The notes under the pieces are model-generated. The model searched no databases. It was given only the letters and a program-made list of their open reading frames with translations, and was not told the DNA's origin. A stretch of DNA of 64,000 nucleotides, from positions 439,242 to 503,241 of the forward strand of contig CAVSWA010000001.1 of NCBI GenBank assembly GCA_963731605.1. The letters run 5' to 3'. Each line of letters starts with the position of its first letter. The first letter of the stretch is position 1. Below are positions 36,621-45,953 of the stretch, piece by piece. Source of the stretch: an uncultured Chloroflexia bacterium (GTDB lineage Bacteria > Chloroflexota > Ktedonobacteria > Ktedonobacterales > Ktedonobacteraceae). Position numbers and translations under genes: made by a program.

Positions 36621-37865
36621 TTATTTCTTGCCCAGTCCGCGTTCGGGCGCGCCAACCAGAATGGCGGTGTTTCCGGCGGCGTGGGTGCCTTCGCCCATGT
36701 TCTGGTGAACCTGGGGGATGTCTTCAAAGCGGCCTACGTGTGTGAGGCAGGGGTCGATGACGCCGTCGCACACGAGCTGGTTGTAGGCGTAGGCTTGCTG
36801 GTCGTTGGTGCCGTGCGAGCCTTGCAGGCGTTTCTGGCGCGTCCAGAGGTAGCGCAGATCGACCATGGCCGAGTAGCCCGTGGTGCCGGCGCAGATGACG
36901 ACCATACCGCCCTGCTCGCAGACGAAAATGGAGGTGGGGATGGTTTCTTCGCCGGGGTGTTCAAAGACGATGGCGGGGCTGCGGCGCTCGCCCAGGATAT
37001 CCCAGATTTTTTTGCCGAAGGCTCGCGCGCTTTTCGACCATTTTTTCTGGCCTTCGGTATCTGTCCAGTGCGGCGGGATGCCCCAGTGATCGAACTCTTT
37101 GCGGTTGATGTAACCGGCTGCTCCTAACTTTTTACAGTATTCGCCGCGCTCGTCGCTTGAGACGACGGCGATAGGCAGTCCGCCTTGCGATCGTACAAGC
37201 TGGATGGCAATGGAGCCAAGCCCGCCGGAGCCGCCCCAGACCAATACCACATCGTTTTTCTGGAGCGTGTTGCCCTGCCAGCCGAAGAGCATACGGTAGG
37301 CGGTTGTGCCGACCAGCGTGCTGGCGGCGGCCGCTTCCCAGGTGAGGTGCGCGGCTTTGGGCATACACTGGTGGGCCTGCGCGATGGTGAATTGACCGAA
37401 GGAGCCGTAATTGGTTTCGTATCCCCAGATTTTGGCGGAAGGCGCGATGATGGGGTCTTTGCCAGCCAGCACCCAGGGGTCGTTTTTATCCCACCAGCCG
37501 TGATGGATGACGACCTCGTCGCCGATCTTGACGTTAGTGACTTCGCTGCCGGTGGCATAGACGATGCCGGAGGCGTCGCTGCCGCCAATGTGGAAGTTGC
37601 GCGTATCGCCTGCGCCCTGGCGAGCGGCGATGACATCGATGGGCACGCCGCGCGCGGCCCAGACGTTATTATAGTTGATGCCAGCCGCCATTACCGCTAC
37701 CAAAACCTGATCCGGCGCGACTTCTGGCACCTCCATTTCTTCGATCTGAAACGCATCGCGCGGCTCGCCGAGCCTGTCCTGGCGTATGACCTGCGCGTAC
37801 ATGTATTGCGGCACTTCGCCGAGCGGCGGCAAAGCGCCAATGGGAAAAATATTCTTGCTTGCCAT
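36621..37865 (-). CDS. ccr: Crotonyl-CoA carboxylase/reductase (MDR superfamily)
   Basis: 414 aa. [43 protein letters not shown] and the C-terminal [10 protein letters not shown] match the Ccr family as I remember it. Confidence 0.8.
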   Translation of the reverse strand: MASKNIFPIGALPPLGEVPQYMYAQVIRQDRLGEPRDAFQIEEMEVPEVAPDQVLVAVMAAGINYNNVWAARGVPIDVIAARQGAGDTRNFHIGGSDASGIVYATGSEVTNVKIGDEVVIHHGWWDKNDPWVLAGKDPIIAPSAKIWGYETNYGSFGQFTIAQAHQCMPKAAHLTWEAAAASTLVGTTAYRMLFGWQGNTLQKNDVVLVWGGSGGLGSIAIQLVRSQGGLPIAVVSSDERGEYCKKLGAAGYINRKEFDHWGIPPHWTDTEGQKKWSKSARAFGKKIWDILGERRSPAIVFEHPGEETIPTSIFVCEQGGMVVICAGTTGYSAMVDLRYLWTRQKRLQGSHGTNDQQAYAYNQLVCDGVIDPCLTHVGRFEDIPQVHQNMGEGTHAAGNTAILVGAPERGLGKK

Positions 37866-37910
37866 AACTACTCCTTGTTTGAACGTTATGGCATTATTTT
37901 ATCACAGCGT

Positions 37911-38765
37911 CTAACCTAGCATATCGGCTAACTGGTCGATTTGATCGAGGTCGGCAGTGGTTGTCCAGAGGATCAGTTCGTCAGTTCCGATGTCAGCATA
38001 GGCTTGTATGACTTCCTTGATGGCTTCGAGGGTGGTGGGCAGAGATTTGGCGATCATCTCGCCCCAGGCTCCGTAATAGTGACGGATGTAGTTGCTGCCG
38101 CGTGTCTGGGCGTCTGGCCCCAGGGCGATGTATGTGCATCCGACCAGGCGCGGTTGGCCTGCTCTGCCAGCCTCGCGCCAGACTTTTTCGGCCATTCTAA
38201 AACCCTGGTTGGCTCCCTGGGGGCCACCGCCGCCGGAAATGAAGCCATGACCCCACGTTCCCAGGCGCTGGATAGCGGCGGGGGCGCGTCCGCCAATCAG
38301 TATTTCAGGCCCGCCAGCCTGCGCGGGCGCGGGTCCGACGGGGCCTACGGCGTCGCTCAGGCGCTCGCCAGACCAGAGGCGCTGCATGGTTGCCAGCTGC
38401 TCGTCAAAGATTTTGCCCCGGCTGTGGAAGGGTACTGATACCGCTTGATAGTCGTCCTCGCGCGAGCCGATACCCAGGCCGAGCGTGAAGCGGCCTCCCG
38501 AAAGGGCATCCAGGCTGGCGGCTTGCTTGGCGAGTTGGGCAGCGCTGCGCAGCGGGGCCAGTAAGACGGTGGTCATCAGGTGAATGCGTTGCGTCGCCCC
38601 TGCGGCGGCTGCGAAGGCAATGAGCGGGTCGTAGTTATCGTAGACCAGGCGGTCGATGAGGCCCAGGCTTGAGAACGGCCCCGCGTCGGCCTTCTTTGCC
38701 CAATTGAGCAGGTGCTGGCCCTGAACGCCGGGAATGTTGGCAGGGAAGCCGATACCAATTTTCAT
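37911..38765 (-). CDS. LLM-class (luciferase-like) flavin/F420-dependent oxidoreductase
   Basis: 284 aa. The FSSLGLIDRLVYDNYDPL...LDALSGGRFTLGLGIG pattern is typical of LLM-class F420-dependent enzymes. Confidence 0.75.
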   Translation of the reverse strand: MKIGIGFPANIPGVQGQHLLNWAKKADAGPFSSLGLIDRLVYDNYDPLIAFAAAAGATQRIHLMTTVLLAPLRSAAQLAKQAASLDALSGGRFTLGLGIGSREDDYQAVSVPFHSRGKIFDEQLATMQRLWSGERLSDAVGPVGPAPAQAGGPEILIGGRAPAAIQRLGTWGHGFISGGGGPQGANQGFRMAEKVWREAGRAGQPRLVGCTYIALGPDAQTRGSNYIRHYYGAWGEMIAKSLPTTLEAIKEVIQAYADIGTDELILWTTTADLDQIDQLADMLG

Positions 38766-39127
38766 GCTAAAGCTCCTTGTTATTTTACTTTTTGCTGGCA
38801 GAAAGTGCTAAGTTGATGTAAGTATCATATCATATAGTTAGTAGTGGTTTTATAAAAAAATCCTGGTAAGTCAATTTGGGCGCAACTTCCTTTGCCATGA
38901 TAGAATTACACATAATAGACTACTATTCGATAAATCTTTTCTGGCCCCTTTATTATGGCTTAAGAAAGGTCAATGAGTGTTGGGTACGCCGGTTGAACGA
39001 ATCAAATTGGGCTTGCTCTGCCTGCTCTTGCTCCTCATGCTGGGGATCGTGTGCTTCACTGCTGTAGATACATACCAGGCAGTGCGAAGTTTCCAGCAGC
39101 AGAATAACGCGCTCGAAAAAGGGTGAT

Positions 39128-39469
39128 GTGAGCACAATTAGCGGCTGGATGACAATTCATGTGATCGCGCGCCTCTATCATATACCTGAAGAGTACCTCT
39201 CCCAAACGCTAGCGGTCGGCAATCCTGAGCAGCTTCGTCATTTTACACTCAACCAGATCGCGAGCAATAAACGACAGCCTGTTAACAAGCTTATCCATAC
39301 CTTGCAACATGCTATTCTGGATTACCGTAAAGTTCATCACGTGAAAACACCTGCGCTGAAACCGAAGCAGCAAAGTATGTCTAAAAAGTCTCGATCCGTA
39401 AAGCCTGTGTCGGAGCGTATGTTGAGTAGCGGCACGAAATCTCATGTAGCTACGACAGGGAGAACGTAA
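39128..39469 (+). CDS. Hypothetical protein; may be the C-terminal part of a single-pass membrane protein beginning at about 38977
   Basis: The GTG-initiated ORF starts 1 nt after the stop of an unlisted 49-codon ORF (38977-39126) that encodes a TM helix (LGLLCLLLLLMLGIVCF). Removing one A from the A5 run at 39116-39120 fuses the two ORFs in frame. Confidence 0.35.
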   Translation: MSTISGWMTIHVIARLYHIPEEYLSQTLAVGNPEQLRHFTLNQIASNKRQPVNKLIHTLQHAILDYRKVHHVKTPALKPKQQSMSKKSRSVKPVSERMLSSGTKSHVATTGRT

Positions 39470-39472
39470 TAA

Positions 39473-40180
39473 TTGAGCGCTTTCTTTGTCGATGCAATGC
39501 AGCAATATGGGTATCCGGTTCTCTGGTTAGTCGTTTTCTTAGCTGCCGCCGGAGTTCCCATTTCTGGTTCATTGTTGCTCTTTGCTGCCGGTGCGTTTGC
39601 CGCGCTGGACGATTTCAGTATCTTCATTCTGTTCCCCGTCGCTTTAAGCGCAGCCGTACTGGGGGATAATCTTGGCTATTTTATTGGCAGGCGCGTGGGA
39701 TTGGCGCTCATAGGCTGGCTTGAGGGACAAAAGCGTTTTCGTTTCATTACGCCGCAAGCTATGGAGCGAGGGCGCATGTATTTCAGGCGCAGAGCCGGTT
39801 GGACGATCTTTATTACGCGCTTTCTCATCGTTGTGCTTGGCGGCCCGGTCAATATCGTAGCAGGGTTGGAACTCTACCCATATCCTAACTTTTTGTTCTG
39901 GGATATCAGTGGACAGATATTGAGTGTCATCATTTCGCTGGGTCTGGGCTTTATCTTTGCGAGAAGCTGGGAAGAAGTTGCGGCTGTCTTTGGCTCTCTA
40001 TCAAGCTTCGCGCTTGCGCTGCTGGTCGTGCTATTCCTCTTTACCAGGCTGATGCGAAGTATACGTCAGAGAAGGCTTGCCCGGCGCGCCAAAGTTGTTC
40101 AGTTAGAGGTGATCGAGATGCCACAATCCCAGGACGCTATAGCAAGACATACTACTGGCCCCATGCTTATCCCTGAGTAG
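39473..40180 (+). CDS. DedA-family membrane protein
   Basis: YGYPVLWLVVFLAAAGVPISGSLLLFAAG...LGDNLGYFIGRRVG is the typical DedA/SNARE-associated pattern. 39473 is a TTG, and the ATG at 39497 is an alternative start. Confidence 0.8.
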   Translation: MSAFFVDAMQQYGYPVLWLVVFLAAAGVPISGSLLLFAAGAFAALDDFSIFILFPVALSAAVLGDNLGYFIGRRVGLALIGWLEGQKRFRFITPQAMERGRMYFRRRAGWTIFITRFLIVVLGGPVNIVAGLELYPYPNFLFWDISGQILSVIISLGLGFIFARSWEEVAAVFGSLSSFALALLVVLFLFTRLMRSIRQRRLARRAKVVQLEVIEMPQSQDAIARHTTGPMLIPE

Positions 40181-40197
40181 AAGGTGATAGTGTAACA

Positions 40198-41292
40198 ATG
40201 AAATCCACTATTCTTATACTGACAACTCATACCGGTGGCGGGCATTTGAACCTCGCGAAGTCTCTCAAAGAGATGCTCGGAACTCAATATGAAGTGGTGA
40301 TTGATGATCCACAGTCCAGGCTCGTTGAGAAGGGGTATACGTTGACGAGCCGACATTTTTTGCAGTATTTAAGCTGGCTATATACCTTCACAGACAATGT
40401 ACGAGCCTCGTTATGGTTGCAACGGGCGCTTACCCTTGTGGGCCACAGGCGATTGCTCGCTATCATAAAGCATATCCGTCCGCAGCTTATCATTACAACC
40501 CATGCGATGATTGCCTATACGACGGCGCGGGCTATTGAACACCTGGCAGACCCAGTCCCGTTGGTCTTTCAGCTTACCGACCTGGGGCAGGTGCATATGA
40601 GCTGGTTTAGCGAGAAACGAGCTGATGCCTACCTCGCTCCAACACGCGAAATCTTCGACCAGGCCCTGGCCGAGGGTATCGATAAGCATCGCCTCTATCT
40701 TACCGGAAGGCCGGTGCGGCGTCAGTTTTCAGAAATCTCTACCGGCGGCAAAAGCGAAACGCTGGCTGCTCTGGGGTTGGATCCCTCAGTTTTCACCATC
40801 TTTCTCCAGGGAGGCGCGAAAGGGTCGGCTGGAGTTGATGGGACTATTGAGAGCCTGTTAAACGCGGGTATACCGGCGCAAATATTGCTGGCGACAGGCA
40901 ATAATAAGAGCATGGCCGCGCGTTTTGCCGGCAACAAACAGGTATACACTCTTCCTTTTACTGAAAGCATTGCACCTTACATGGCCGCAGCCGATGTGAT
41001 AGCCGGAAAAGCCGGGGCAAGCTTCATATCCGAAGCGTTCACGTTGGAAAAACCGTTCCTCGTCACTTCCTATATTCCAGGCCAGGAGCTCGCCAATCTG
41101 CAATTCATCGAGCGACATAAGCTTGGTTGGGTGTGCCTGGAACCGACCTCCGTGCAAGAACTGCTGGTGCAGGTAGCACGCAGCCCGGAGCTGATTGCCG
41201 AAAAGTTGAGCAGCATTCGGGCTTATAAAGCCTGGAATAGGCAGGCGAACGCGGCTATTTGTCCAATTATCGACCGCTTACTTTCTCAATAA
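40198..41292 (+). CDS. GT28-family glycosyltransferase (MGDG-synthase/UgtP-like diacylglycerol glycosyltransferase)
   Basis: N-terminal ILILTTHTGGGHLNLAKSL. The C-terminal half (ADVIAGKAGASFISEA) is typical of the MGDG synthase/MurG-like fold. Confidence 0.75.
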   Translation: MKSTILILTTHTGGGHLNLAKSLKEMLGTQYEVVIDDPQSRLVEKGYTLTSRHFLQYLSWLYTFTDNVRASLWLQRALTLVGHRRLLAIIKHIRPQLIITTHAMIAYTTARAIEHLADPVPLVFQLTDLGQVHMSWFSEKRADAYLAPTREIFDQALAEGIDKHRLYLTGRPVRRQFSEISTGGKSETLAALGLDPSVFTIFLQGGAKGSAGVDGTIESLLNAGIPAQILLATGNNKSMAARFAGNKQVYTLPFTESIAPYMAAADVIAGKAGASFISEAFTLEKPFLVTSYIPGQELANLQFIERHKLGWVCLEPTSVQELLVQVARSPELIAEKLSSIRAYKAWNRQANAAICPIIDRLLSQ

Positions 41293-41298
41293 GATGAG

Positions 41299-43554
41299 CT
41301 AACTATGGCCCTGGTAATCAAGGGCATTTTTCGTCACGCGCCAGTTGACGGTGGGTAAAATCAGGTTCTCGTCGATGTGTTCGCGGTGTTGGATAGCAAG
41401 ATCGATCAGCGATGCGAGTACTGTTCCGTTCAGCAGATGCGGCTCGAGTCCCAGTTCGATAAGACGGGTATGAGAAGCATGATAATAGTGCTGTTCGGCT
41501 TCAACACGCGGATTCGGGTGGAAGCGAATCTGAGCCTCTAGCCCGAAGCGTTTGCTTTGATCGACGACCATCTCTGCCAGTTGAATGAGCGAGAATTGTT
41601 CGGTGAACTGGTTGAAAACGCGGTACTCTCCTTCTGCAGGCGGCGCGGTGATTGCCAGTTCGATGCACCTGATGGTATCGCGCAAATTGATGTAGCCGCG
41701 AGTTTGCTGGCCTTCGCCATAGACGCTGAGAGGGTAGCCGGCGGCGGCCTGGACGCAGAAGCGGTTGAGCGCGGTGCCGTAGATCTGGTCGTAGTCGAAG
41801 CGGGTCGCCAGGCGTACATCTTGCTGGGTCTGCTCGGTCTCTACGCCATAGACGATGCCCTGATTCAGGTCGGTAGCGCGCAGCCCCCAGATTTTGCAAC
41901 AAAACATGATGTTATGGCTATCATGCACTTTGGAGTTGCCGCACCATACAGGCTTGCCGTTGCGTCGTACCAGAATAATGCCATCGCCTGGAACTTCACA
42001 GCAATAAACCATGCCAGCGTAATCTTCTATCCAGTCATTAGGATCATCTGGTAGTTGGTTAACCTGTAAAACGGTAGTTTTTGTGATATTTACACGATAC
42101 TCTCTATGTTTTGTCCAGGCTGCACTATCGATCCGATCAAGGTGAGAGACGTTGGCAGAAAGCCCCAGTTTTAATGCCATTTCCTGCACATCGTCGGCGA
42201 GTTGCTTCGATGATGTATAGTAGCGACCATACTGGCGATCGCGATTCATCCATATTCCGTCACCTGACATCATAGCCTTGAAAAGAATGCCTAACTGTCG
42301 CTGCGATAGGCCTAGTAGTTCACGGGGTATATGTTTGGTGATGCTATGGCCGAGCTGGGCGAGATAAACAGCTAGCTGAGTGCAGAACAGGTAATGGCAT
42401 TCCTGATCGCGATCTTTAAATAAATAGATGCTATGTGTGCATCCCAGGGCAGCGGCTATATTATCGAAGACAGCATTTACCTCCTCGGAGTTAGCGCCAA
42501 TTTTTTGGGTAATATAGATGCGGTTTGGCGCTTTTTTGCGCCACTCTCCATCGACACTTCCTTCTGCGAGATACCATCCCAGAAACCGGAGCCAATCATC
42601 CATCGGTAATTCGATTGCCGGTATTGGAACCTGATATTTCCATAGAGAATAATAAGCAGGCAAGGTAAATGTTTCACGCTCCTCACCCTCCCACTCTGAG
42701 GTAATGTGGTAGCGGTTATACTTACCGAGAATGTCTCTTGCCTCTTCAAATCGTAGTGCCTCAGTGCCGTCGCGACGTTTATATGAAGTCAGCATGCGAT
42801 GGTTGGGTGTTACGCAAAGATCAATGCGGCGTTGCTCAAGGCAGTACATGGGGCCCTCGTAGAGATATGTTGTGCGTGCTGTTGGTTTAGCATAAACAAT
42901 ATGAGGATCGTCAAGCTGTCTTGTGGCTAACTCATCTTCATCTGTTAGTTCATTGAAGAGTTTCCAGCCGACTCGTGTCAACACTTCGGTTTGGTCATCA
43001 TAACATAAATGATAGAACGATCCTGGTTGTTTTGGATAGGGAAGTGTATCAGTGCGGCCTTTGTGGTGGATTTCGATAAAGCCTTCTTCGATGTCGATAT
43101 TGGGCGTACCGTATTCGCCCATAGTGCCGAGTTTCACCAGGTGGCAGTGCGGTGCGAACTCTTTGATGGCGTAGAGGACGTTAAGCGTGCCAATGACGTT
43201 GTTTGTTTGCGTGTAGACGGCGTGTTGGCGATCAATCATGGAATAGGGCGCGGAACGCTGTTCGGCGAAGTGTACGACTGCTTCGGGTTGGAAAGCTTGA
43301 AAGACAGAAGCGAGTGTTTCGTATTCCAGCGTGTCACCGGTATAGACCTGTATGTTGTGCCCAGAGATTTCATGCCATGCCGCGACCCGTTCGTATATGC
43401 TCTCGATGGGTGTCAGGCTGTTGAAGCCGCGTTCGAGGTCGAAGTGCCTGCGCGATAGATTATCGAATATGGCGACATCGTGTCCTTTGCTGGAAAGGTA
43501 GAGCGATTGCGGCCAGCCCAGGTAGCCGTCACCCCCCAGTACGAGAATACGCAT
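41299..43554 (-). CDS. sqdB: UDP-sulfoquinovose synthase (SQD1/SqdB) interrupted by an intein
   Basis: The exteins (183 + 211 aa) resemble plant and cyanobacterial SQD1, as far as I recall that sequence, along their whole length: LGGDGYLGWP, FAEQRSAPYSMIDR, VKLGTMGEYGTPNIDIEEG, TDTLPYPKQPGSFYHL|SKVHDSHNI, TDLNQG, FGTALNRFCVQAA, RVFNQFTEQFS. GGAGG precedes the ATG at 43554. Confidence 0.9.
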   Translation of the reverse strand: MRILVLGGDGYLGWPQSLYLSSKGHDVAIFDNLSRRHFDLERGFNSLTPIESIYERVAAWHEISGHNIQVYTGDTLEYETLASVFQAFQPEAVVHFAEQRSAPYSMIDRQHAVYTQTNNVIGTLNVLYAIKEFAPHCHLVKLGTMGEYGTPNIDIEEGFIEIHHKGRTDTLPYPKQPGSFYHLCYDDQTEVLTRVGWKLFNELTDEDELATRQLDDPHIVYAKPTARTTYLYEGPMYCLEQRRIDLCVTPNHRMLTSYKRRDGTEALRFEEARDILGKYNRYHITSEWEGEERETFTLPAYYSLWKYQVPIPAIELPMDDWLRFLGWYLAEGSVDGEWRKKAPNRIYITQKIGANSEEVNAVFDNIAAALGCTHSIYLFKDRDQECHYLFCTQLAVYLAQLGHSITKHIPRELLGLSQRQLGILFKAMMSGDGIWMNRDRQYGRYYTSSKQLADDVQEMALKLGLSANVSHLDRIDSAAWTKHREYRVNITKTTVLQVNQLPDDPNDWIEDYAGMVYCCEVPGDGIILVRRNGKPVWCGNSKVHDSHNIMFCCKIWGLRATDLNQGIVYGVETEQTQQDVRLATRFDYDQIYGTALNRFCVQAAAGYPLSVYGEGQQTRGYINLRDTIRCIELAITAPPAEGEYRVFNQFTEQFSLIQLAEMVVDQSKRFGLEAQIRFHPNPRVEAEQHYYHASHTRLIELGLEPHLLNGTVLASLIDLAIQHREHIDENLILPTVNWRVTKNALDYQGHS
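41935..43005 (-). mobile_element. 357-aa intein with a LAGLIDADG homing-endonuclease domain, inserted in the SqdB YxxxK motif
   Basis: Starts with Cys (CYDDQTEVLT; TGT at 43005-43003). Block B is VTPNH. The LAGLIDADG motifs are LRFLGWYLAEGSVDG and LGILFKAMMSGDGIW. It ends ...GIILVRRNGKPVWCGN (AAC at 41937-41935), followed by the +1 Ser of SKVHD. The region is visibly more AT-rich than the exteins. Confidence 0.85.
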
Positions 43555-43825
43555 AGTTCCTCCATGATTGACCTTACAGTCATGAGATGTTTATTTGTTG
43601 CGGACCGCTTATGAGAGCGATGCTTTAGCTAAGCCCCGCGGGGACATTGCTATTAGTAATAAATCATACAGCACATATTTGGTTACGGGCAAATGTATAC
43701 AGATACGTGACCTTTGGGATGATGTGTAGGGCGCGGGATTTCTTCTTGATTACTATCTCACCGGCAATGTTATACTGAGGATGCTTCAATACAGGCCTGA
43801 ATTCAAGCAACCTGCTGGCGGTTAT

Positions 43826-44635
43826 TTACAAAGGGGATTGATAAAGAGCGGGCGAAAAGTGAAGATCGTAACGCTGTGCTAGAACATGCTCGAAGGTTGC
43901 AATCAGCGTTTCGGCGGGAATCACTTTTCTGGCAAGAGTGTCCAGCCCGATGGCTCGCTGGAGCAGACCATCGCGCAGGATGGTTTGTTCCTGTGGGGTG
44001 TGGCCGAGGGTGGCGGCCAGCTTTTCGGTGTCCCAGTGGAGCAGGAGGCCGGCCTGGAGCAGGGTGCCTGCGCGGCGGCGAATCATGTTGAGTCCAACTA
44101 TTTTGAGGTTTTCATGTGTGGTGATTACTTCGTAGGGGGAGAGAGAGCCATAGCAGGCGCGGCGGAGGATGGATTCGCGCTCGCGAGTTGCCGGGTGCTT
44201 GAGGCGGTCGCGCTGAGCGTGGGCTTCGGTGGGCGTGATTGCGCGGGTTTCGATGTCCAGTTCGCGTAAGGCGGCGACCCAGGTTTCGCCCAGCCAGCGA
44301 TAGCTTTCTACCAGGTCGGGCAAGGCTAAGGGATGACCGGCGGGCAGCAGTACATCCAGGCTGAGCAGGTGCGGCCCGACCAGCACGGCTGTGCCGCCCG
44401 CGCGCCGGTGGTAAATGGGTAGTGGTTGATACGCGAGAGTCTGGGCGTTGAGGATGGCGGGCTGCTGAGAAAAGCCCAGCACAAGGCCCTCCGGCTCTGC
44501 CTGTGACCAGTAGAGTGTTGGAGGGTCGCCGGGTTGCGTTGTGGCGAGCAGTTGCTCACTGAAATCGATGTGTGTTTGCTGGTCGCCGATGGCGAGCGGC
44601 AGTACCAGCCAGTTGTTAATCGAGACTGGTTGCAA
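43826..44635 (-). CDS. Biotin/lipoate A/B protein ligase family protein (LplA/LipB-like)
   Basis: 269 aa. HRRAGGTAVLVGPH and KIVGLNMIRRRAGTLLQAGLLLH resemble the BPL_LplA_LipB catalytic module. Confidence 0.6.
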   Translation of the reverse strand: MQPVSINNWLVLPLAIGDQQTHIDFSEQLLATTQPGDPPTLYWSQAEPEGLVLGFSQQPAILNAQTLAYQPLPIYHRRAGGTAVLVGPHLLSLDVLLPAGHPLALPDLVESYRWLGETWVAALRELDIETRAITPTEAHAQRDRLKHPATRERESILRRACYGSLSPYEVITTHENLKIVGLNMIRRRAGTLLQAGLLLHWDTEKLAATLGHTPQEQTILRDGLLQRAIGLDTLARKVIPAETLIATFEHVLAQRYDLHFSPALYQSPL

Positions 44636-45938
44636 GGTCTTTCTCCGCGGATGAGCGTTTGATCCAGCCTACGATGGCGGCAATGAGGGCCAGGCTGGCT
44701 CCCACGAGCAGCGATACGGGCGCGCCGTAGAGGTGCGCGAGGCCACCGGCGAACAGGTTGCCCAGTGGAACACTGCCCGCGAAAACCATCATATAGACGC
44801 TCATGACCCTGCCGCGCAGGTGGTTGGGCGCGATGCTCTGGATGATGGTGTTGGCAACGGCGGACAGGGCGATTTGGGCGAAGCCGACGCTGGCGATCAA
44901 TAGCAGCGAGAGCGGGTAGATAGGCGAGAGGGCAAACAGGATTTCCAACGCGCCAAAGGCCAACGCTCCCAGGAGCATGAAGCGGATACTCGGCTTATTG
45001 TTGCCCCAGGCGATCCACAGCGCCGAGAAGAGCGAACCCAGTCCGAAAGCGGCGGAGAGGAAGCCGAACCCTGCCGGGCCTGAATGCAGCACATCGGTGG
45101 CGAAGAGCGGCAACATGACGTTGAAGTTGATGCCGAACAGGGAAACCACGCCGATGACGGCGATTACCAGAAACAAGGCGGGCGTGCGTTTGACGTAGGA
45201 AAGTCCCTCGCCCAGGCTCTGCCAGGTGCTTTGCTTTGGCATGTCTCCGAGTTTGTTTTTCAGGTAGGATATGCCATGCAGGCTTTTCATGTCGATCAGG
45301 GCCAGTCCGATAATGACGGCGATGAAGCTGATGGCGTTCATCAAGAAGAGCGGCGCGACGCCCAGCCAGGCGATGATAAGCCCGCCCAGTCCGGGGCCAA
45401 GCACGCGCGCCATGTTGAAAAGCGATGAGTTGAGCGCGATGGCGTTGGTCAGGTCTTCACGCCCTACCATCTCACCTACGAAGGCCTGGCGCGTGGGCAT
45501 ATCGATAGAGTTGGTGAGGCCCAGCAGGCTTGCCAGTACCAACACATGCCAGATTTGCACATGTCCTGTGGCAACCAGCACCCACAATATGGTGGCCTGG
45601 ATCATGGCAGAAGTCTGTGTAAAAAGCAGCACTTTGCGTTTGGGCAGGCGGTCGGCCAGCACGCCGCCGAAAAGTGAGAGAAACATGACGGGTAAGAATT
45701 GCAGCGCGCCTACAATTCCCAGCATCCAGGCGCTGTGGGTCAATGATAATACCAGCCACGCCTGTCCGATGCTTTGCATCCAGGTGCCGATGAGAGAAAT
45801 CATCTGGCCGAACCAGAAAAGGCGGAAGTTGCGATGTCGCAGGGCAATAAATGTGCGCAAGAAGCTATGCACCTGGTGCGGTTTGGCGATGATTTCGGGA
45901 AGCGAACTCTTTTTGTCTCCCGAAGTGATAGTTTGCAT
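44616..45938 (-). CDS. MFS transporter (EntS/MFS_3-like)
   Basis: 440 aa with about 12 TM segments. The N-terminal FRLFWFGQMISLIGTWMQSIGQAWLVL is typical of this MFS subfamily. It overlaps the downstream gene by 20 nt. Confidence 0.8.
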   Translation of the reverse strand: MQTITSGDKKSSLPEIIAKPHQVHSFLRTFIALRHRNFRLFWFGQMISLIGTWMQSIGQAWLVLSLTHSAWMLGIVGALQFLPVMFLSLFGGVLADRLPKRKVLLFTQTSAMIQATILWVLVATGHVQIWHVLVLASLLGLTNSIDMPTRQAFVGEMVGREDLTNAIALNSSLFNMARVLGPGLGGLIIAWLGVAPLFLMNAISFIAVIIGLALIDMKSLHGISYLKNKLGDMPKQSTWQSLGEGLSYVKRTPALFLVIAVIGVVSLFGINFNVMLPLFATDVLHSGPAGFGFLSAAFGLGSLFSALWIAWGNNKPSIRFMLLGALAFGALEILFALSPIYPLSLLLIASVGFAQIALSAVANTIIQSIAPNHLRGRVMSVYMMVFAGSVPLGNLFAGGLAHLYGAPVSLLVGASLALIAAIVGWIKRSSAEKDLATSLD

Positions 45939-45953
45939 AAAAGTCCAATCTAG

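Noticed and set aside
41299-43554. The 751-aa ORF as a natural fusion of an epimerase with an unrelated middle domain
   Set aside because: The insert has precise intein boundaries (Cys1, terminal Asn, +1 Ser), Hint blocks and LAGLIDADG motifs. Excising it restores an uninterrupted SQD1-like sequence through the YxxxK motif.
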